From positions 3,466 through 67,465 of the forward strand of contig JAAZVP010000003.1 of assembly GCA_018623495.1 (NCBI GenBank): 64,000 bases of DNA, in the 5' to 3' direction. The stretch comes from Halothiobacillus sp. (GTDB taxonomy: Bacteria; Pseudomonadota; Gammaproteobacteria; JAAZVP01). The notes below the pieces were generated by a model that searched no databases, had not been told where the DNA came from, and worked only from the letters and a program-made list of their open reading frames with translations. Positions 23,540 to 32,926 of this stretch are shown one piece after another; position 1 is the first letter of the stretch; each line of letters starts with the position of its first letter. The position numbers and the translations under genes are program-made.

Positions 23540-25081
23540 ATGGACCCCATCGCACTCAGCGTCTTTTCCAGCCGCATCGCCGCCGTCTGCGACGAGATGG
23601 GCGCGCAGCTCCGAAGGGCCGCCTTCTCGCCCAATATCCGCGACCGCCTGGACTACTCCTGCGCGGTCTTCGACGCCGAGGGCGAACTGGCTGCCCAGGC
23701 CGCCCACATCCCCGTGCACCTGGGCAGCATGGCCCATGCCATGACCGGCATCGTCGGCGAGATCGACTGGTCACCCGGGGACATGGTGGTGGTCAACGAC
23801 CCCTACCGCGGCGGCACCCACCTGCCCGACGTGACCCTGATCGCGCCGCTGTTCGTCGACGGGGAGCGGGTGGCCTTCGTCGCCAACCGCGCCCACCATG
23901 CCGACATCGGCGCCGAGGCCCCCGGCTCCATGCCGCTGTCCACGCGCCTCGACCAGGAGGGCCTGGTGATCCCGCCGACCCACCTCCTGCGCGGCGGCGA
24001 CGCGGTTCGCGAGGCCTGGGCCCTGCTCACCCGCAACGCCCGCAACCCGCGCGAATCCGCCGGTGACTTCCGCGCCCAGGTGAGCGCAAACCGCCGCGGC
24101 CTGGAACGACTCGCCGCCCTGGTCGGCGAGCGCGGCCGGGAGGCCTTCGCCGAGGGCCTGGCCGCCCTCAACGACTACGCCGAGACGCTCACCCGCGAGA
24201 CCCTGGCCGCGATCCCCGCCGGCCGTTATGCCTTCACCGACTTTCTCGACGACGACGGCCAGGGCAACCACGACCTGGCCATCCGGGTGACGATCGTCGT
24301 GGATGGCGGGGGTATCGACGTGGACTTCACCGGTACCGCCGGGCAAACCGCCGGCAACGTCAACTGCCCGCTGGCCGTGGCCGCCGCGGCGGTTTTCTAC
24401 GCCTTCCGCTGCCTGCTCCCCGACGAGACCCCCGCCTGCGCCGGCAGCCTGCGTCCCATCCGCCTGCATGCCCCCGCGGGCTGCCTGGTCAACGCCCGCC
24501 CGCCGGCGGCGGTGGCGGCGGGCAACGTGGAGACCAGCTCGCGGGTCGTGGACGCCGTGCTCGGCGCGCTCCACCCCGCCCTGCCCGAGCGCATCCCCGC
24601 GGCCAGCCACGGCGGCATGAACAACGTCGCCATGGGCAGCAACGGGTCCCCGGCCTGGGACTACTACGAGACCATGGGCGGGGGCATGGGCGCCGCCCCC
24701 GGCTGCGCCGGGCTGAGCGGGGTACAGACCCACATGACCAACACCCTCAACACCCCGGTGGAGGTGCTGGAGAGCCACTATCCCCTGCGCGTGGGTCGCT
24801 ACGCCCTGCGACGCGGCTCGGGGGGCGCGGGCCGCTGGCCGGGGGGCGACGGGCTGGTGCGCGAGTACCACTTCCTGCGCCCCACCGACGTCACCGTGCT
24901 CACCGAGCGCCGCCGCCACGCCCCCTGGGGGCTGGCGGGCGGCGCCGACGGCCAGCCGGGCGCGAACCGCCTGGACGGCGAGCCACTACCCCCCAAGACT
25001 GCTTTCCGGGCCCATGCCGGCCAGGTGCTCACCATCGAGACACCCGGCGGCGGGGGCTTCGGCAACGAGGAACGGGATTGA
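23540..25081 (+). CDS. Hydantoinase B / 5-oxoprolinase B subunit
   Basis: SPNIRDRLDYSCA, HIPVHLGSM, NDPYRGGTHLPD, HHADIG, HMTNTLNTPVEVLE, ETPGGGG. Confidence 0.92.
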   Translation: MDPIALSVFSSRIAAVCDEMGAQLRRAAFSPNIRDRLDYSCAVFDAEGELAAQAAHIPVHLGSMAHAMTGIVGEIDWSPGDMVVVNDPYRGGTHLPDVTLIAPLFVDGERVAFVANRAHHADIGAEAPGSMPLSTRLDQEGLVIPPTHLLRGGDAVREAWALLTRNARNPRESAGDFRAQVSANRRGLERLAALVGERGREAFAEGLAALNDYAETLTRETLAAIPAGRYAFTDFLDDDGQGNHDLAIRVTIVVDGGGIDVDFTGTAGQTAGNVNCPLAVAAAAVFYAFRCLLPDETPACAGSLRPIRLHAPAGCLVNARPPAAVAAGNVETSSRVVDAVLGALHPALPERIPAASHGGMNNVAMGSNGSPAWDYYETMGGGMGAAPGCAGLSGVQTHMTNTLNTPVEVLESHYPLRVGRYALRRGSGGAGRWPGGDGLVREYHFLRPTDVTVLTERRRHAPWGLAGGADGQPGANRLDGEPLPPKTAFRAHAGQVLTIETPGGGGFGNEERD

Positions 25082-25166
25082 CCCCGCGAACGGGAAAGGA
25101 ATGCCCCCGCTGCCATCACCGGCGGTTAGGATGGACAACTGGTTGCAGCGAGAGAGGTTTTGAACG

Positions 25167-26942
25167 ATGTGCGGCATTTGCGGTGAACTGCGTTTCCACG
25201 GCGCCGGCGGCGACTTGCCCAGGGTCCGGCGGATGATGGACCGGCTCGAGCGCCGGGGCCCGGACCACGAGGGCAGCTTCTCCGACGGCCCGCTGGCCAT
25301 GGGCCATCGCCGGCTGTCGATCATCGACCTCTCCTGCCACGGCCACCAGCCCATGGTGGACAACGCCCTGGGACTGGCCCTGGTGTTCAACGGCACCATC
25401 TACAACCACCCCGACCTGCGCCGGGAACTGGAGGCCGCCGGCCATCGCTTCGCCTCCACCAGCGACACCGAGGTGATCCTCAAGGCCTACCGCCAGTGGG
25501 GCGAGGACTGCGTGCAGCGGTTCAACGGCATGTTCGCCTTCGCGGTCTGGGACATGGAGCGCGGCAGCCTCTTCCTCGCCCGTGACCGCATGGGGATCAA
25601 GCCGCTCTACTACAGCCTCGACAGCCGGCGCCTGGCATTCGCCTCCAACACCCAGGCCCTGCTCGCCGGCGGCGACGTGGACACCGCCATCGACCCGCTG
25701 GCCCTGCACAACCAGTTCAGCCTCCACGGCGTGGTGCCCGCCCCGCGCACCGTGCTCGCCGGCATCCGCAAGCTCGAGCCCGGCCACTGCATGACCCTCG
25801 ACCGCGAGGGCCGCTCGCGCACGCGCCGCTACTGGACGCTCACCGCTCGCCGCCCGGCCGAGCCCATGAGCGAGGCCCAGTGGCAGGAGGCCATCCACGC
25901 CGCGCTCAAGGCCTCGGTGGAACGGCGCATGAACATCGCCGACGTTCCCGTGGGCGCCCTGCTCTCCGGCGGCCTGGATTCCAGCCTGCTGGTGGGCCTG
26001 CTCCACGAGTGCGGCCACGAGCACATCAAGACCTTCACCGTGGGCTTCGAGGACCAGCCCGAGGAAAAGGGCAGCGAATTCGAGTACTCCGACCCGGTGG
26101 CCGAGCGCTTCGCCACCGAGCACCACAAGTTCCACGTGCCCAACGCCCAGGTGCTCGAGCGCCTGCCCGAGGCCGTGGAGCAGATGGCCGAGCCCATGTT
26201 CGGCCAGGACGCGGTGGCCTTCTACCTGCTCTCCGAGCAGGTGTCGCGACACGTCAAGGTGGTCCAGAGCGGCCAGGGCGCCGACGAGCTCTTCGCCGGC
26301 TACTTCTGGTACCCGCAGATGGCCGCCGCCGAGGGGACCGACATCGACCGCTTCGCCCCCTTCTACTTCGACCGCGACCATCCCGAGTACCTGGAGATGG
26401 TCAGCGCGGCGCACCGGGTGCGCGACTACACCCGCGAACTCGTCGGCGAGCGACTGGGCGCCCAGCAGGGCGAGCACTTCATCGACCGGGTGCTGGCCTT
26501 CGACGTCACCACCCTGATCGTCGACGACCCGGTCAAGCGGGTGGACAACATGACCATGGCCTGGGGGCTGGAGGCGCGGGTGCCGTTTCTCGACCACGAG
26601 CTGGTGGAGCTGGCCATGCAGATGCCGCCCGAGCTCAAGCTGCGCGACGGCGGCAAGTACATCCTCAAGAAGATCGCCCGCGGCCTGCTGCCCGACTCGG
26701 TCATCGACCGGCCCAAGGGCTACTTCCCGGTCCCGGCGCTGAAATACGTGCGCGGCCGGCCCCTGGAATTCATGCACGACATCCTCGACAGCCAGGCCTG
26801 CCGCGAGCGGGGCATCTTCGACCGCGGCTACGTGGACAAGCTCCTGGCCGCCCCCGACCGCCACTTCACCCGCCTGCAGGGCAGCAAGCTCTGGCACCTG
26901 GCCCTGCTCGAGCTCTGGCTGCAGCGCAACGTGGATCGCTGA
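25167..26942 (+). CDS. AsnB-family glutamine amidotransferase, N-acetylglutaminylglutamine amidotransferase-like
   Basis: N-terminal MCGICGE, HRRLSIID, LLSGGLDSS, KVVQSGQGADE, DDPVKRVDNMTMAWGLEARVPFLD, GYFPVPALK. Confidence 0.85.
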   Translation: MCGICGELRFHGAGGDLPRVRRMMDRLERRGPDHEGSFSDGPLAMGHRRLSIIDLSCHGHQPMVDNALGLALVFNGTIYNHPDLRRELEAAGHRFASTSDTEVILKAYRQWGEDCVQRFNGMFAFAVWDMERGSLFLARDRMGIKPLYYSLDSRRLAFASNTQALLAGGDVDTAIDPLALHNQFSLHGVVPAPRTVLAGIRKLEPGHCMTLDREGRSRTRRYWTLTARRPAEPMSEAQWQEAIHAALKASVERRMNIADVPVGALLSGGLDSSLLVGLLHECGHEHIKTFTVGFEDQPEEKGSEFEYSDPVAERFATEHHKFHVPNAQVLERLPEAVEQMAEPMFGQDAVAFYLLSEQVSRHVKVVQSGQGADELFAGYFWYPQMAAAEGTDIDRFAPFYFDRDHPEYLEMVSAAHRVRDYTRELVGERLGAQQGEHFIDRVLAFDVTTLIVDDPVKRVDNMTMAWGLEARVPFLDHELVELAMQMPPELKLRDGGKYILKKIARGLLPDSVIDRPKGYFPVPALKYVRGRPLEFMHDILDSQACRERGIFDRGYVDKLLAAPDRHFTRLQGSKLWHLALLELWLQRNVDR

Positions 26943-27129
26943 ACGCGGGCGGGGCCCCTCGCCGGGGCCGGGGTACGCCGCCCCATCCGGCCGGCAGCCC
27001 TTCGCGTCCCCGGCGCCAGTTCCACGCAACCGCGCAAGGGATACGCCGGCCAGCGCGCCAAGGGGGCCGCGGAGCCGCCTTGCGCGGCCAACGAACACGG
27101 GGATCGGACTAGACCGCGATCATCACGCG

Positions 27130-27158
27130 TTTATGCAACCGCGCGCAGGCCTTAGAAT
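27130..27158 (+). promoter_or_regulatory. Putative sigma70 promoter of grxD
   Basis: TTTATG-17 bp-TAGAAT. Confidence 0.45.
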
Positions 27159-27196
27159 TCAACGCCGACAATCACGCACCAGAGAGGTTCGACCCC

Positions 27197-27532
27197 ATGG
27201 ACGTCATGGACCGCATCCGCGAGCAGGTGGAGAACCACGCGATCGTCATCTACATGAAGGGCACACCCCAGCTGCCCAGCTGCGGCTTCTCCGCCCGCGC
27301 CGCCCAGGCGATGATGGAGACCGGCGTGGAATTCGCCTACGTGAACGTGATCGCCGACCCGGAGATCATGCAGAACCTGCCCAACTTCGCCGACTGGCCC
27401 ACCTTTCCCCAGATCTACATGAACGGCGAGCTCTTCGGCGGCGGCGACATCATCATGGAGCTCTACGAGGACAACGAGCTCAAGGACGTGATGCAGGAGG
27501 CCTTCGACAAGGGCCCCAAGAAGGCGTCCTGA
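27197..27532 (+). CDS. grxD: Monothiol glutaredoxin (Grx4)
   Basis: YMKGTP, CGFS, WPTFPQ, GG-DI. Confidence 0.95.
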   Translation: MDVMDRIREQVENHAIVIYMKGTPQLPSCGFSARAAQAMMETGVEFAYVNVIADPEIMQNLPNFADWPTFPQIYMNGELFGGGDIIMELYEDNELKDVMQEAFDKGPKKAS

Positions 27533-27664
27533 ACACGCCCCCACGCCAGGCCCCGGAGACGGCGGGGCGCGCTTCGCCCGGCCCATCGCCCACCCGCTCC
27601 CCGGCAACGCCACTGCCCCCGCGCCCTCTCCCCCGGGTATGAGGGCCAGGGTGGGGTGGCCGCC

Positions 27665-28282
27665 CTACCCCGCCTCCCGCCAGGCGTTGACGATCGAGCA
27701 GAACAGCTCGGCGGTCTTCTGCGCGTCGTAGATCCCGGAATGGGCCTCGCGGTGGTCCCAGGCCAGCCCCGCGGCCTTCACCGACCGGGCCAAGACCGTC
27801 TCGCCCAGGGCGAGCGCCGAGAGCGAGACGGTGTCGAAGGTGGAGAAGGGGTGGAAGGGATCGCGCTTGATGGCGTTGCGCTCCACCGCGGTCTTGAGGA
27901 ATCCGAGGTCGAAGGCGGCGTTGTGGCCCACCAGGATGGCACGCTTGCACTCGGCCTCGCGCACCGCCCGGCGGATGGGGCGGAAAATCTCCACCAGGGC
28001 CTCGCGCTCGGGCCGGGCATCGCGCAGGGGGTTCCAGGGGTCGATGCCGTTGACCTCCAGCGACTTCGGCTCGATGTTGGCCCCCTCGAAGGGCTGGATG
28101 TGGGCGTGAGCCGTCTCGCCCGGGTGCACCCGTCCCTCGGCATCCATCTCGATGATCACCGCCGCCACCTCCAGCAGGGCATCGGTCTCGCGGTTGAAAC
28201 CACCGGTCTCCACGTCCACGACCACCGGGAGAAAACCCCGAAAGCGCTGGTTGATCTGTGCCACTTGCCGGATCTGCTGCAT
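27665..28282 (-). CDS. rnt: Ribonuclease T
   Basis: RFRGFLPVVVDVETGGF, GHNAAFD, PFHPFS, AHSGIYD. Confidence 0.96.
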   Translation of the reverse strand: MQQIRQVAQINQRFRGFLPVVVDVETGGFNRETDALLEVAAVIIEMDAEGRVHPGETAHAHIQPFEGANIEPKSLEVNGIDPWNPLRDARPEREALVEIFRPIRRAVREAECKRAILVGHNAAFDLGFLKTAVERNAIKRDPFHPFSTFDTVSLSALALGETVLARSVKAAGLAWDHREAHSGIYDAQKTAELFCSIVNAWREAG

Positions 28283-28313
28283 GCTGGTCTCGTTACTGGG
28301 CGGGGCGCGGAGT

Positions 28314-31160
28314 CTAACACGCCCGCCGGGCCAGGCCGTGGGTCTCGAGAAAGCTCCGCAACGCGGGCTCGGGCATCGGCCGGGCGAAGTGGAACCCCTG
28401 GTAGGCGTGACAGGCGCTGGCCGCGAGATAGTCGCGCTGGGCGGCCGTCTCCACGCCCTCGGCGATCACCTCCAGGCCCAGGTGGCGACTCATGGCGATG
28501 ATGCTCTCGACGATGGCGCAGTCGTTGGCGTCGCCGGGGATGTCGCGGACGAAGGACTGGTCGATCTTGAGCTCGTCGATGGGCAGGCGCTTGAGATAGG
28601 CCAGCGACGAGTAGCCGGTGCCGAAGTCGTCGACGGCAAAGCGGATGGCATGGGCCCGCAGCGCTTCCATCTGCCGCACCGTGCGGTCGACGTCGGCGAC
28701 CAGCAGGCTCTCGGTGAGCTCCAGCTTGAGCCGCTCGCCGGCCACGCCGTGGCGCTCCAGGATGGTGACCAGGCGCTCGACGAAATCGTCCTCGGCGAAT
28801 TGGCGCGGGCTGATGTTCACCGCGATTCGCGGCATGGAGGGATCGGTCAGCAGGCGGACCACCCGCTCCAGGACCCGCTCGCCGATCGCCAGGATCAGGC
28901 CCGTTTCCTCGCTGACCGGGATGAATTCCGCCGGCGACACCGGGCCCCGCTCGGGATGGGTCCAGCGCAACAGGGCCTCGGCCCCCACCACCCGGCCGCC
29001 CTCGTCCACCTGCGGCTGATAGACGAGGTGGAACTCGTCGTGCTCGACCCCGCGGTGCAGGTCGTTCTCCAGGCTGAGACGCTCACCGGAGGCCGCGGCC
29101 ATTTCCCGGTTGAAGAAGCAGACGCTGTCCCGCCCGCGGGCCTTGGCGGCATACATCGCGGTGTCCGCGTACTTGAGGATGTCCTCGGCGCTGGCGGAGC
29201 CGTGGGGCAGCATCACGACCCCGATACTGGGCGTGACCCGCAGCTCGTGACCCCCCGGGTGCACCGGCTCGGCGACCCGCCGGCGAATCCGCCGGGCCAC
29301 CTCGCTGACGACCTGCCGGGGCTCCTCACCGCCGGCCTCCAGCTCGGGCAGCAAGAGCACGAACTCGTCCCCGCCCAGCCGTGCCGCGAGGTCCTCGCGG
29401 CGCATCTCCGCCACCAGCCGGCGGGCGATCGCCTGGAGCACCTGGTCGCCCACGGAATGCCCCAGCGAGTCGTTGATGTGCTTGAAGCGGTCGAGGTCCA
29501 TGAACAGCAGCGCCCCGCGGTGGCCGTGGCGCCGGGCACGGGCGAGTTCCTCCCCGAGGCGCTCCAGCAGGTGGCGGCGGTTGGCCAGCTCGGTGAGCGG
29601 GTCGAACCGGGCCTGGCGACGGATGACCGCCTCGGCGCGCAGGCGTTCGGTGACGTCGTGGATGATCGAGTGCAGGTAGACGCGACCGCCCACCCGGACC
29701 GGGCCGGTGTAGACCTCGACGTCGCGGATCTCGCCGTCGGCCAGGCGGTGGCGGAAGCGGAAGTGGTCGGCCTCGCCCGACCGGGCCCGGCCCATTTCCG
29801 CGCGCACGGCATCACGCGCACCGGTGTTGATGTCGCGGATGTTCATCCGCATCAGTTGCGCGCGGGGGTGGCCGTAGAAACGGGCGGCCGCCTGGTTGGC
29901 GTCCACGATCGCGCCACTGCCCGGATCGATGAGCAGCTTGATCGCCCGGTTGTTGAGAAACATCTGCCGGTAGAGCTGCTCGCGCTCGGCGAGCTCCGCC
30001 GACGCCTCCCGGCGCCGCTCCTCGGCGCGGTAGCGCTCCACCGCACCGCCCACCGAACGGGCCATCTCCTCGAGCAGGCCCACCAGGTCCGGCGTGAGCA
30101 ACTCGGGATCGGCGGCGTAGACGGTGAACACCGCCCGGGGCTCGCCCTCGACGATCACCGGGAAGCTCGCCGCGGCCCGCACGCCGGCCTCGCGGGCCAG
30201 GCTGTGCCAGTCCCGGTTCTGGGTGGCCCGCAGGAAGTCGCGCTCGATCACCGGGCGCCCGCTGCGAAAGGCGCGCCCGGTGGGACCGGCCGCTTCGGGA
30301 AGATGGGCCGCGAAGGCCACCCGCGCCCGACGGACCTGGGGCGCCCCCGCGCCGGCGGCGGCCGCCACCCGCAGCAGGCCGCTGTCGTGGTCCGGGAGGG
30401 CCACCCACGCGCCACGGAACCCGGCGGAGTGCACCGCGATTCGACACACCGACACGTACAGCGATTCCGCGTCCGGGCACTCCAGGCCGGCCTGCATGGT
30501 GCGGCTGAGCGCCTCGTAGAGCCGGCGCTGGCGACCGAGCGCCTGCTGGCCCAGCTCGTGGGCATGCCGCAGGCGGAACGCGTCCCCGAGCATCCGGTTC
30601 AGGCGGCGCGAGCTCGCCGCCAGGCCGACCAGGAACACCAGCACCAGGACGGCGATCCCGAGGCTCGCCGAGGTCCCCGCGAGCACCAGCTGCACCAGCA
30701 CCGGCAGCATCGCCGGCACGCTGAACCAGAGGGCCATCCCGCGGATGCTGGAGAGCGTCGTCACGCTGGCCGCGGACAGGCCGGCGAGGACCACCACCAG
30801 CAGGGCCTGGTGACCCACCGATTCCGGCGGGAAGAGTGAACCGCCCGCCAGGCCCCAGGTCAGTCCACTGGCGAGTACGCCAGCGCGAAAGATCCGCTCC
30901 CAGCGCCGCAGCGTCGACCGATCGTGCGCCGCAACGGCGAACAGCCTGCCGACCAGCCAGCGGACCCCGAGCACCAGGACGGTGAGGCCCAGCCAGCCGG
31001 CCACGGGCGTCTCGCCCACCCGGGGCTGGAGCAGCAGGGCCAGGATCATCGCCACGACCACCGCGGCGCTGAGCGCGACCGGCTGTTGCCGGTAGAGCTG
31101 AACCACCTGGTCGCGGTGGATGGCGTCGTCGAGACGGGGCGATGTCGGCGGACGGCCCAT
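28314..31160 (-). CDS. Membrane-anchored GAF-PAS-GGDEF-EAL c-di-GMP enzyme
   Basis: Several N-terminal TM segments, GAF-like region, PAS (DANQAAARFYG), RREDLAARLGGDEF, EALLRW, DDFGTGYSSL. Start uncertain (31160 or 31208). Confidence 0.9.
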   Translation of the reverse strand: MGRPPTSPRLDDAIHRDQVVQLYRQQPVALSAAVVVAMILALLLQPRVGETPVAGWLGLTVLVLGVRWLVGRLFAVAAHDRSTLRRWERIFRAGVLASGLTWGLAGGSLFPPESVGHQALLVVVLAGLSAASVTTLSSIRGMALWFSVPAMLPVLVQLVLAGTSASLGIAVLVLVFLVGLAASSRRLNRMLGDAFRLRHAHELGQQALGRQRRLYEALSRTMQAGLECPDAESLYVSVCRIAVHSAGFRGAWVALPDHDSGLLRVAAAAGAGAPQVRRARVAFAAHLPEAAGPTGRAFRSGRPVIERDFLRATQNRDWHSLAREAGVRAAASFPVIVEGEPRAVFTVYAADPELLTPDLVGLLEEMARSVGGAVERYRAEERRREASAELAEREQLYRQMFLNNRAIKLLIDPGSGAIVDANQAAARFYGHPRAQLMRMNIRDINTGARDAVRAEMGRARSGEADHFRFRHRLADGEIRDVEVYTGPVRVGGRVYLHSIIHDVTERLRAEAVIRRQARFDPLTELANRRHLLERLGEELARARRHGHRGALLFMDLDRFKHINDSLGHSVGDQVLQAIARRLVAEMRREDLAARLGGDEFVLLLPELEAGGEEPRQVVSEVARRIRRRVAEPVHPGGHELRVTPSIGVVMLPHGSASAEDILKYADTAMYAAKARGRDSVCFFNREMAAASGERLSLENDLHRGVEHDEFHLVYQPQVDEGGRVVGAEALLRWTHPERGPVSPAEFIPVSEETGLILAIGERVLERVVRLLTDPSMPRIAVNISPRQFAEDDFVERLVTILERHGVAGERLKLELTESLLVADVDRTVRQMEALRAHAIRFAVDDFGTGYSSLAYLKRLPIDELKIDQSFVRDIPGDANDCAIVESIIAMSRHLGLEVIAEGVETAAQRDYLAASACHAYQGFHFARPMPEPALRSFLETHGLARRAC

Positions 31161-31268
31161 GGGCTCCTCGCGCGGGGATGGGAAAGACCGGGGTGTCGCC
31201 CCGGTCATGACCGGCCCGTCGCCGCCACGGCAGACCCGCGGATTCGCAAGCGGGCGGGCCGGCCGGCG

Positions 31269-32306
31269 TCAGTCCTCGCCGCGGATGCGCCAGGCCACCT
31301 CGCCACCGGCGCGCAGGGGCACCAGCGTCTCGTCCCCGGCGGCGAAGGATTCCGGAACCGGCTGGGCGACGCGCTCCAGGGTGATGGTAGAGGCGTTGTA
31401 TGACAGGCCGTAGAAATCGGCGCCGAAGTGGCTGGCGAAGCCCTCCAGGCGATCGAGCGCATCCATGGCCTCGAAGACCTCGGCATAGAACTCGATGGCG
31501 GCGTGGGCGCTGAACACGCCGGCGCAGCCGCAGGCCGATTCCTTGGCGCCCCGCGGATGGGGCGCGCTGTCGGTGCCCAGGAAGAACTTCGGATTGCCGC
31601 TGGTGGCGGCCTGCAACAGGGCCTCGCGGTGCGTCTCGCGCTTGAGGATGGGCAGGCAGTAGTAGTGCGGCCGGATGCCGCCCACGAGCATGTCGTTGCG
31701 GTTGTAGAGCAGGTGGTGGGGAGTGATGGTGGCGGCCACGCCGTCGCGCTCGGCGGCCACGAAATCCACCGCGTCGCGCGTGGTGACGTGCTCCATGACC
31801 ACCGGCAGCGCGGGGAAGCGGGAGACCAGCGGGCGCAGCACCCGGTCGATGAAGACCTTCTCGCGGTCGAAGATGTCGATGCGGGCATCGGTCACCTCGC
31901 CATGCACCAGCAGCGGCAGGCCGAGTTCCTGCATGGTCTCGAGCACGGCGTCCACGCGCGCCAGCTCGGTCACGCCGCTGGCGGAGTTGGTGGTGGCGCC
32001 GGCGGGATAGAGCTTGACCGCCCGCACGATGCCGCTGTCCACCGCCCTGCGGATCTCCTCGGGGCGGGTGTCCTCGGTGAGATAGAGCGTCATCTGCGGG
32101 TCGAAATCGACGCCCTCGGGCACCGCCTCCAGCACCCGCCGGCGGTAGTCGGCCGCCTGTTCCACGGTGGTGATCGGCGGGACGAGGTTGGGCATGATGA
32201 TCGCTCGCCCGAAGCGCCGGGCCGAGTGCGGCACCACGGTGCGCAGCATCTCGCCGTCACGGACGTGGAGATGCCAGTCGTCGGGGCGGGTGATGGTCAG
32301 CTGCAT
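31269..32306 (-). CDS. pyrC: Dihydroorotase (homodimeric type)
   Basis: [36 protein letters not shown]. Confidence 0.97.
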   Translation of the reverse strand: MQLTITRPDDWHLHVRDGEMLRTVVPHSARRFGRAIIMPNLVPPITTVEQAADYRRRVLEAVPEGVDFDPQMTLYLTEDTRPEEIRRAVDSGIVRAVKLYPAGATTNSASGVTELARVDAVLETMQELGLPLLVHGEVTDARIDIFDREKVFIDRVLRPLVSRFPALPVVMEHVTTRDAVDFVAAERDGVAATITPHHLLYNRNDMLVGGIRPHYYCLPILKRETHREALLQAATSGNPKFFLGTDSAPHPRGAKESACGCAGVFSAHAAIEFYAEVFEAMDALDRLEGFASHFGADFYGLSYNASTITLERVAQPVPESFAAGDETLVPLRAGGEVAWRIRGED

Positions 32307-32383
32307 GCGGGGGTTCTCCGTTCACGAACACGAGACCCCCGCGGGGCGGGGGTCGGATGGGCTGCTCGATCGAGGGGTCGGCC

Positions 32384-32857
32384 TCACCAGGCGATGTAGG
32401 CGAAGCCCTCTTCCTGGAGCTCCATGAGCGACGCCGCGCCCACCTCGGCATACTCGATGAAGGGCCGCATGTCGTCCATGGTCCAGCCGATGGTCTTCAT
32501 GGTGTTGCCGCAGGCGATGAAGCGCACACCGTAGTTCTCGGCCATGTTCCGCACCCGCTCCCGCAGCACCTGCGGCACCAGGCGCTTCGGCTCCTTGGCC
32601 AGCAGGTGGATGCCGGGCCCGATGACCACCACGGCGATCTCCACGTTGTCGCCGTACTTGCCGATCATCGCGCTCACCGAGTTGAGGACGTGCTCCTGGT
32701 ACTCCCAGTCCGACTCGTTGAGCTGGTAGACGACGTGGTGCGCGGGCGGGTCCCCCGGGAAGTGCAGGTCATCCTGGGCCTGGGCAGCGGCCATGCCCGA
32801 AAGCAGGGCGAACAGGACGGGAATGCGCAGGACGGCGGCAAGCGGACTCGGACCCAT
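32384..32857 (-). CDS. Exported DsrE-family protein
   Basis: Signal-peptide-like N terminus ending AQA; HVVYQLNE, VVVIGPGIHLL, FIACGNTM, ELQEEGFAYI. Confidence 0.75.
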   Translation of the reverse strand: MGPSPLAAVLRIPVLFALLSGMAAAQAQDDLHFPGDPPAHHVVYQLNESDWEYQEHVLNSVSAMIGKYGDNVEIAVVVIGPGIHLLAKEPKRLVPQVLRERVRNMAENYGVRFIACGNTMKTIGWTMDDMRPFIEYAEVGAASLMELQEEGFAYIAW

Positions 32858-32926
32858 GACAGGCTCTCCGTGGCGTTTTGGCTTTTTTCCAGTGTACCAG
32901 AACGCCGGTTCCGGGCCACGGCGTCG

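Noticed and set aside
25132-25147. Sigma54-like TGG-N10-GC (TGGACAACTGGTTGCA) upstream of the amidotransferase
   Set aside because: Weak -24 match, and the implied TSS near 25158 would exclude the RBS.
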